A stretch of DNA of 32,438 nucleotides from Candidatus Coatesbacteria bacterium (GTDB taxonomy: Bacteria; RBG-13-66-14; B26-G2), in NCBI GenBank assembly GCA_003647715.1, contig QMNJ01000003.1, positions 1 through 32,438 on the forward strand. The letters are read 5' to 3'. Position 1 is the stretch's first letter; each line of letters starts with the position of its first letter. This document shows, piece after piece, positions 1-6,289 of the stretch. The notes below the pieces were generated by a model, which was not told the origin of the DNA, ran no database searches, and saw nothing but the letters and a program-made list of their open reading frames with translations. The position numbers and the translations under genes were made by a program.

Positions 1-687
1 CCTCTTACCGTTAGCATATATCAGAAACTCTATACCCATCTTACCATATTTATTAAGTAAGGTTTTATACTCCGAGTCCATCGGGTCTAAAGCCCTCTCA
101 GCGGCAGGAGTTCTAACTGGAACTACCAATGGTATCTCTTTGGTAAACAGGGGCTCTTCTATTTCTATCAGTTCTTTCTTCTTGAGAACCTTTGCTATCT
201 CTTTCGCTTCTTCTATGTCAATCCCCAGGTTTGCTGATATGTCCCTTATTGACCTGCCATCACGAATGTTGGAGAGAAACCTCCACTCATCACTGTTGAT
301 TGTAACATCAGTAGATATCTCTGATGTCTTTCGCCATATCATTGCTCTTGGTGACAGCTCCTCCTCCAACTCCTCTTCCTCATCTACACTATGCTTCCTC
401 GCATAAGAGACCATCTCATCTATGGTTATGTCTTTAATGTTTACTTCATCTACCTTCTCACGATTGATGAACTGATACTCTCCCTCATTTACATTTATCA
501 ACTTTACAAATGCATCCTTACCGTAACTATCGTTAAAACTGGCATATAAAACTCTGCCGTTTTCAAATGAGATTTTCCCCTCGCCATTCTCTGTCTTGAT
601 TACTAATATACCCGTCTCTTCAAGGTCAGCAATCACCTTGATTATCTTCTCAACAGATTCCTCTTCTATGCTACCCCTTATCTCCAT
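1..687 (-). CDS. DUF4388 (PATAN-like) domain protein with a winged-HTH-like region; partial, runs off the left edge
   Basis: Not in the ORF track. My manual translation from the ATG at 687 is open for 229 codons to the edge: MEIRGSIEEESVEKIIKVIADLEETGILVIKTENGEGKISFENGRVLYA...GKDAF...EGEYQF matches the DUF4388 pattern. An acidic linker follows, then EWRFLSNIRDGRSIRDISANLGIDIEEAKEIAKVLKKKELIEI (wHTH-like). Confidence 0.75.
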   Translation of the reverse strand, partial: MEIRGSIEEESVEKIIKVIADLEETGILVIKTENGEGKISFENGRVLYASFNDSYGKDAFVKLINVNEGEYQFINREKVDEVNIKDITIDEMVSYARKHSVDEEEELEEELSPRAMIWRKTSEISTDVTINSDEWRFLSNIRDGRSIRDISANLGIDIEEAKEIAKVLKKKELIEIEEPLFTKEIPLVVPVRTPAAERALDPMDSEYKTLLNKYGKMGIEFLIYANGKR

Positions 688-871
688 TTCTATCAAAAAA
701 ACCTAATCATCTCAAACTCACTTCTAAATACCACCAAAATACTTTGTAAGTTTGACAACTAAATATATCTATCTTTTAGAAACACTTATGTTTATTATAT
801 GAAAAAAATCCATATTTATTAAAACAAAAATATTTTCAATGCTTCCCTGGAGGTATAAACACTGCATTGGA

Positions 872-1510
872 CTACTTACTGTGTGTCAAATAATATGATA
901 ATCCTTCCATCTCAATGGAAAGGTCAACCTGGTTTACTTTTATACCATTTGAAAAGATACTTGGTAAATGTGCAAAAGATAGAATTGCCTTTATACCAGC
1001 ATCAATCAATTTTGCTACAATAATCTCTGCAACCTCTTCAGGGACAGTAACGATGCCCATTTCAATCTTTTTACTCCTTATTACCTTATCCATCTCATCT
1101 TGATGATAGACCCTTACTCCGCTGAACTCCTTCCCAACCTTTTCAGGGTCATTGTCAAATGCTGCTTCAATTATGAAATTCTGTTTTCTGAAGCCCTTAT
1201 AGGCGAGAAGCGCCCTGCCCAACCTGCCCACACCGACTAGAGCAACAGACCAATCTCTATCAATGCCCAATATGGTCCTAAGTTGACTCTTTAAGTGAGA
1301 AACAACATATCCCCTGCCCGGTCTTCCAAACTGACCATAATAAGTTAAATCCTTCCTTATCTGCGCCGCTGAAAAACCCGCTATCTCAGAAAGGTCTGCT
1401 GAGGATATTGAATCCACCCCCTCTTCCTCAAGATTACTAAGAGCCCTATAATATACACTCAATCTATAAACGGTGGTCTTGGGTATTCTCTTTTTCTCTT
1501 CCCCACTCAT
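872..1510 (-). CDS. rex: Redox-sensing transcriptional repressor Rex
   Basis: N-terminal IPKTTVYRLSVYYRAL, QIRKDLTYYGQFGRPGRGY winged helix, and Rossmann VGVGRLGRAL...AFDNDPEKVG; 212 aa. Confidence 0.96.
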   Translation of the reverse strand: MSGEEKKRIPKTTVYRLSVYYRALSNLEEEGVDSISSADLSEIAGFSAAQIRKDLTYYGQFGRPGRGYVVSHLKSQLRTILGIDRDWSVALVGVGRLGRALLAYKGFRKQNFIIEAAFDNDPEKVGKEFSGVRVYHQDEMDKVIRSKKIEMGIVTVPEEVAEIIVAKLIDAGIKAILSFAHLPSIFSNGIKVNQVDLSIEMEGLSYYLTHSK

Positions 1511-1523
1511 ACCTCAACAACAA

Positions 1524-1552
1524 ATGCTAATAACTATCAACATTCAAATCAA
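1524..1552 (-). promoter_or_regulatory. Putative sigma70 promoter of rex
   Basis: Minus strand: TTGATT (1552-1547), 17-nt spacer, TAGCAT (1529-1524), ending 13 nt upstream of the rex ATG. Confidence 0.45.
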
Positions 1553-1568
1553 GTGAAAAATTTAACAA
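1551..1568. promoter_or_regulatory. Putative Rex operator
   Basis: Minus-strand TTGTTAA-ATTT-TTCACTT versus the Rex consensus TTGTGAA-N4-TTCACAA (11 of 14 arm positions match, AT-only spacer). It lies upstream of rex and overlaps the predicted -35. Confidence 0.6.
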
Positions 1569-1600
1569 GTTATTGATGCTATAATAATTCATATATACCC

Positions 1601-2590
1601 CTATCTACCGAATAATCTGTCCACATCGCTTATAAACAACTTTGATACCTTCTCCCTCGCCTCTCTCATATCATCAGGTATCGCCTCTAATTCCTGCCTG
1701 TTAACAGGTCTCTCGCCCTTAAACTTCTTGTAGAATCTACCTGAACGAATGCTTTCCAGAAGGGAGAGCATCTTATCTCTTACCTCATCATCTATCAAAC
1801 TCTCCCCCGCTACCTTTCCACCATACAGTGCAGTGGTGCTTATCCTCCGCCTCATACCATCAATACCATATCTGAACATTAAATCAGCAATAGCCCTTAT
1901 CTCCTGCACTGTCTCAATATATGCCTGTTCTGGTGGATACCCCTTCTCAATCAGAACCTCAAACGCCCTCAAAGCGAGATAAGGAATGCCACCACATAGA
2001 ACTACCTGTTCGCTGAATAGGTCTAGCTCTGCTTCGGTCTTGAATGTGGTCTCAATGCATCCAACTCTCGCACAACCTAATGCTCCTGCATAGGCAAGGC
2101 ACATATCAAGCGCCCTACCGCTTGCATCCTGCATTACTGAAACCTTCGCCGGGAGCCCCCTCCCTGCCCTATACTCACTCCTCAGGGCATCTCCGGGTCC
2201 CATTGGACCTACCAATACAACATCAATATTGCTATCAAAATTCATGCCTTCAAAGTGAACCGCAACAGTTGAGGCAAAGACCACCATCGCCTTCTCCCTT
2301 AACCTGCCTTTCAGATATTTATTCCACACATCCATATGAAACTCATCGGGAATCAACATTGCAATAACATGCACCCTACCAACAACATCCTCAATCTTTC
2401 CAACTCTGAAGCCATCCCTGGTTGCGGTCTTCATCCTCTCAGAACCCTCCCTCAATGCAATCACTACCTTTACACCTGAATCACGGAGGTTCATCGCTTG
2501 TGCCTTCCCCTGATTGCCATAGCCAATCACCGCCACCTCCCGACCGGCAAGTGCAAAACTATCTACATCCTTCTCCCTATATATCTTCAT
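1601..2590 (-). CDS. ilvC: Ketol-acid reductoisomerase family protein (class I, divergent)
   Basis: IGYGNQG...NLRDSG Rossmann motif, LIPDE, DLFSEQVVLCGG and GYPPEQAYIE; 329 aa. Several conserved residues are substituted (see findings). Confidence 0.85.
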   Translation of the reverse strand: MKIYREKDVDSFALAGREVAVIGYGNQGKAQAMNLRDSGVKVVIALREGSERMKTATRDGFRVGKIEDVVGRVHVIAMLIPDEFHMDVWNKYLKGRLREKAMVVFASTVAVHFEGMNFDSNIDVVLVGPMGPGDALRSEYRAGRGLPAKVSVMQDASGRALDMCLAYAGALGCARVGCIETTFKTEAELDLFSEQVVLCGGIPYLALRAFEVLIEKGYPPEQAYIETVQEIRAIADLMFRYGIDGMRRRISTTALYGGKVAGESLIDDEVRDKMLSLLESIRSGRFYKKFKGERPVNRQELEAIPDDMREAREKVSKLFISDVDRLFGR

Positions 2591-3129
2591 AACGCACCCT
2601 CCCTGAAATCCTTCATCATCGCCCTATAGTAAACAGTAAGTGAATAATAACCGAATATAAGTGCAAGTATAGCCAATGGATAAAATATAACTCTTATATT
2701 AATTATGAAGGCGAGAACAGATAAGGAGGTTAGATTAATATACACCTTGCCATATAACATTGCCGACTGAACTTTTCCCATTGCTCTGATATATCTAATA
2801 GCAATATATATTGAGAAGCACTCCTTTACAATGAGAGCAATCACAAACCATGCCGGTAAATCTCTGAACACCATAAGAAAAACAATCAATGGATAATAAA
2901 GCATTTTATCCGCAATAGTGTCAAATGCTTTCCCGAACTCCGTTACCTGACCCAACCTTCTGGCTACTATACCGTCAAGAAGGTCGCTCAACAAAAACAG
3001 CCCGAATAATCCAATCACCACATACTCAGGTCTTCCTTCCATGAACACCGAATAGTATATAATGATTGGTATTAGAAAAACCCTGCCCAGTGTTATCAGA
3101 TTTGGAATGTTAAAAATACTCATTATCAA
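2587..3129 (-). CDS. pgsA: CDP-alcohol phosphatidyltransferase (PgsA-like)
   Basis: NIPNLITLGR and the signature DLLDGIVARRLGQVTEFGKAFDTIADK; hydrophobic. Overlaps the ilvC start by 4 nt. Confidence 0.8.
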   Translation of the reverse strand: MIMSIFNIPNLITLGRVFLIPIIIYYSVFMEGRPEYVVIGLFGLFLLSDLLDGIVARRLGQVTEFGKAFDTIADKMLYYPLIVFLMVFRDLPAWFVIALIVKECFSIYIAIRYIRAMGKVQSAMLYGKVYINLTSLSVLAFIINIRVIFYPLAILALIFGYYSLTVYYRAMMKDFREGAL

Positions 3130-3173
3130 TGGAATATAATAATAACAGAATTGCTCTTATATCAATTACAGAA

Positions 3174-3692
3174 CTACCTTTCATTTAATTTATTTCTGCC
3201 TTTCTTCCACGACCTCAAATACCTGTATATGACCATCAGAATAGCGGTCACAGGGACTGCGATGATTACGCCGATTACACCGAAGAAATGAGCCCCTACC
3301 ATCACCGCAATTACGACAAGAACGGGATGCAAGCCAACACTCCTCCCTAATATCTTTGGACCGATGACATAGGCATCAAGAACCTGAACGGTGGTGTATA
3401 AAGCACCAACAAGTAATAGCGACCTGATACGATGTTCAGCAAATAATGCAGATACCACCGCAGGAATAATACCTATCACCACTCCCAGGGTGGGTATGAA
3501 GTTCATCAACCCCCCGAAGTAGCCAATCCATAACGCAAAGGGTATGCCTATTAAGTAGAGACCCAGTGCAAGAATACTACCCTCAATAAGGCATATCAGG
3601 AATATACCCCTGATATAACCACTGATAACCCTCAATATGTTACGACCCAGTTCCTTTATATCCCTATTCTTGCTATGCAAATGTCCATTCAT
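3174..3692 (-). CDS. AI-2E family transporter-like protein, short (C-terminal half only)
   Basis: GYIRG, LMNFIPTLG, QVLDAYVIGPKILGRSVGLHP and GVIGVIIAVP are AI-2E motifs. Only 172 aa; SD-like GAGGG upstream of the ATG. Confidence 0.75.
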   Translation of the reverse strand: MNGHLHSKNRDIKELGRNILRVISGYIRGIFLICLIEGSILALGLYLIGIPFALWIGYFGGLMNFIPTLGVVIGIIPAVVSALFAEHRIRSLLLVGALYTTVQVLDAYVIGPKILGRSVGLHPVLVVIAVMVGAHFFGVIGVIIAVPVTAILMVIYRYLRSWKKGRNKLNER

Positions 3693-3856
3693 TTATCCCT
3701 CATAAATAAACTCTGGTTCACTATTAAATAACTTATTAAATTCATCCAATTAAATCCATAAAATAACTGCAAGTATTGTTAAGAATTAAAATTCATACAC
3801 TTAAAATGAAAGGATTTTTCATATTAATAAATTCAATCTCACAAGAACTTTTGTGT

Positions 3857-3885
3857 TTGACATTTTTCTACCTTTATGTTATTTT
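3857..3885 (+). promoter_or_regulatory. Putative sigma70 promoter
   Basis: TTGACA (3857-3862), 17 nt, TATTTT (3880-3885) with an extended -10 TG; followed by SD GAGGT (3896-3900) and ATG 3905. Confidence 0.6.
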
Positions 3886-3904
3886 AATAGATGCCGAGGT
3901 TATT

Positions 3905-4585
3905 ATGAAAAGATTGTTAATAATTATTCTCCTTTCTTACTTGTCCTTGTTCGCGGAACCCACTTCTATTAAGTTTCCATATTATACTGAACACGAAGAA
4001 CCACTACTACTACCTGACCAAGCAGATATGAGCTATCACAGTGACCCAGAGTGGTGGTGGACATTTGATGTTTCTAATTATGTTCCTGCTTGTTGTTTTG
4101 ACCCTGAAGGTGATTATGGCATCAACGAAGGATTTAAGATATTAACTATCGGTTTCATTGGTTTCCGTGAAGACGGCAATTGCACCATCTATATCCAAAA
4201 AACCAGTTCATGCGATGAACTTCCAACTGTAAACCCCGACGATGGGTGGAGCGATGCTGATTATGGACCATTCTACGGTCACATCAATGCTACATATCCA
4301 AACTACGACGACATAGATGTCAGTGAAGAGAACTGGTGTTTTGGCTATGGTCAACCATTCTGGTTGATGTATCACATTGAGAGTGCATCTCCACCACATC
4401 CGGGAAGCGACGATGGTAATAACTGGTCTGGACATAGTTATACATGGGACCCAACATCTCATGAATGGAAAGACAAACTTGGAACCCCTCCTATAGGAAT
4501 TGATTGGTGCATTCACTGTGTGGTCTTTTATCCCACATCTGTTGAAAATACTTCAATTGGTAAAATAAAATCTCTCTTCTACTAA
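3905..4585 (+). CDS. Secreted hypothetical protein (Trp/Asp/Pro/Cys-rich) with C-terminal TSIGKIKSLFY motif
   Basis: I moved the start from 3776 to ATG 3905 because of the SD GAGGT, the promoter inside the longer ORF, and the signal peptide MKRLLIIILLSYLSLFA. No recognisable catalytic family. Confidence 0.75.
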   Translation: MKRLLIIILLSYLSLFAEPTSIKFPYYTEHEEPLLLPDQADMSYHSDPEWWWTFDVSNYVPACCFDPEGDYGINEGFKILTIGFIGFREDGNCTIYIQKTSSCDELPTVNPDDGWSDADYGPFYGHINATYPNYDDIDVSEENWCFGYGQPFWLMYHIESASPPHPGSDDGNNWSGHSYTWDPTSHEWKDKLGTPPIGIDWCIHCVVFYPTSVENTSIGKIKSLFY

Positions 4586-4665
4586 ACATAATATATACGA
4601 ACGCATTATAAAGAACTCCAAAACCACTCTTTAAGTGAAGACCCTATTATTGAACAATTATTATC

Positions 4666-4693
4666 TTGACAGAAAAATCATTTTTATTATCTT
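4666..4693 (+). promoter_or_regulatory. Putative sigma70 promoter, near-leaderless
   Basis: TTGACA (4666-4671), 16 nt, TATCTT (4688-4693); the ATG is at 4702 and no SD is visible. Confidence 0.45.
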
Positions 4694-4701
4694 ATTAAAC
4701 T

Positions 4702-5814
4702 ATGGCTGCTGATGTTTTCTTTATACCCTTTGGCGCTTCAGGTAAAAATGGTCTCGCGAAAGGTATCAAAGCTATTCTTGAAAGGGCAGGACTCCAAAAG
4801 ATAGTGCTTGATGGCGAAATGGTCGCAGTGAAAACCCACTTAGGCGAGAAAGGAAATACCGCCTTCGTTAAACCCATATTCGTGGCTATGGTAGTCAGGG
4901 CAATCAAAGAGACAGGTGGAAAACCATTCCTTACTGACACGAACACACTATATGTGGGTAGCAGGGGCAACGCAATAAGCCACCTTGAAACCGCATACAT
5001 ACATGGTTTTCTACCCTATCCCGTGGGGGCACCTGTGATAATCGCTGATGGACTTAGGGGTAGCGATGGTGTAGAGATTGAAATAGATGGCAAGCACTTC
5101 AAAGTAGTTGAGATTGCCAAGCATATTTCAGAGGCGGACTCAATGGTGGTGATAACCCACTTCAAGGGTCATGACCTCACCGCCTTCGGTGGCGCTATAA
5201 AAAACATAGGAATGGGATGTTCAACCCGGAAGGGCAAGTTGAATATGCACTCAAATGTAAAACCATTCGTTGAGGAGGATAGATGCACCGGCTGTAAGTT
5301 ATGCACAAAATGGTGCCCGGTAGATGCAATAAAGATTGTGAACAAAAAAGCAATAATAGATAGTGATACCTGCATTGGATGTGCTGAATGCATCGGCGCC
5401 TGCCCCGAGAAAGCAATAAATATTATCTGGGATGCCGCATCCAACTCCGCACAGGAGAAGATGGCGGAGTTCGCAAGCGGTGTCTCTAAAGTGTTAAACA
5501 ATAAATTTTTATTCATTAACTTTTTAACTGAGATAACACCTGCCTGTGACTGCTATCCATTCAGCGGTGCACCTATCGTCCCGGATATTGGCATATTAGC
5601 ATCAAGAGACCCTGTCGCCATAGACATGGCTTCCTACGACCTGGTGAACAATCAACCAGGTTTAAATAGAGAGGTTCTTGGAGACGCAGTGGCTATAGGA
5701 GCAGACAAGTTCAAGGCGATATACCCGCACTTAGACGGTCTCATCCAGTTGAGGCACGCAAAGGCACTTGGACTTGGAAGCATAGAATATAACCTGATTA
5801 AGATGGAGGATTAG
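4702..5814 (+). CDS. DUF362 domain Fe-S protein with a 2x[4Fe-4S] ferredoxin domain
   Basis: VAVKTHLGEKGN, FLTDTNTLYVGSRGN, HFKGH...FGGAIKNIGMGC; two CxxCxxCxxxCP motifs; PACDC...PIVPDIGILASRDPVAID. Confidence 0.9.
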   Translation: MAADVFFIPFGASGKNGLAKGIKAILERAGLQKIVLDGEMVAVKTHLGEKGNTAFVKPIFVAMVVRAIKETGGKPFLTDTNTLYVGSRGNAISHLETAYIHGFLPYPVGAPVIIADGLRGSDGVEIEIDGKHFKVVEIAKHISEADSMVVITHFKGHDLTAFGGAIKNIGMGCSTRKGKLNMHSNVKPFVEEDRCTGCKLCTKWCPVDAIKIVNKKAIIDSDTCIGCAECIGACPEKAINIIWDAASNSAQEKMAEFASGVSKVLNNKFLFINFLTEITPACDCYPFSGAPIVPDIGILASRDPVAIDMASYDLVNNQPGLNREVLGDAVAIGADKFKAIYPHLDGLIQLRHAKALGLGSIEYNLIKMED

Positions 5815-5816
5815 AT

Positions 5817-6158
5817 ATGAGGTCTGCGATATTCACAGTTATTCTAATCATAGTAATAACTTTTCTATCCTGCGGTGATACAATTATACCTCCCAACACG
5901 GCAAAGAGAACGGTATATCTTGTGAGCGAGGAGGATATTACTGGCAGGGGCGGTTATATTGATATAGCAGAACTGGCTGGCATCACCGATGTGGATGGAG
6001 AAACCGAGATGCCCTGTATTATGGTTTATGGTGACAGAAGAAAATCAGATAGCTGGTCACCGTTATCACCACAATATTACAAACTTTATGAAGGGCAGAT
6101 ATGGATAGATTCTGAAGGCGGGGACTCGGAGTTTTATAGGATAGTTGTCATCAAGTGA
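5817..6158 (+). CDS. Hypothetical lipoprotein
   Basis: Hydrophobic N-terminus ending in lipobox FLSC (Cys19); SD GGAGG upstream; starts 2 nt after the previous stop. Confidence 0.7.
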   Translation: MRSAIFTVILIIVITFLSCGDTIIPPNTAKRTVYLVSEEDITGRGGYIDIAELAGITDVDGETEMPCIMVYGDRRKSDSWSPLSPQYYKLYEGQIWIDSEGGDSEFYRIVVIK

Positions 6159-6289
6159 TTTTGTTATTGGTTTAGACATTATCTTTATAATAGAATATAA
6201 AAAACTTGATTTGAATTGAATAAGATGGATGATAGTAATTTCTATCAGTGTGTATTATGTTTATATAATACAAATAGGAGGGATTCATT

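Noticed and set aside
6204-6216. 13-mer ACTTGATTTGAAT shared with the rex upstream region (1542-1554, minus strand)
   Set aside because: A single 13-bp match between AT-rich intergenic regions is plausible by chance; this copy has no Rex box or correctly spaced -10.
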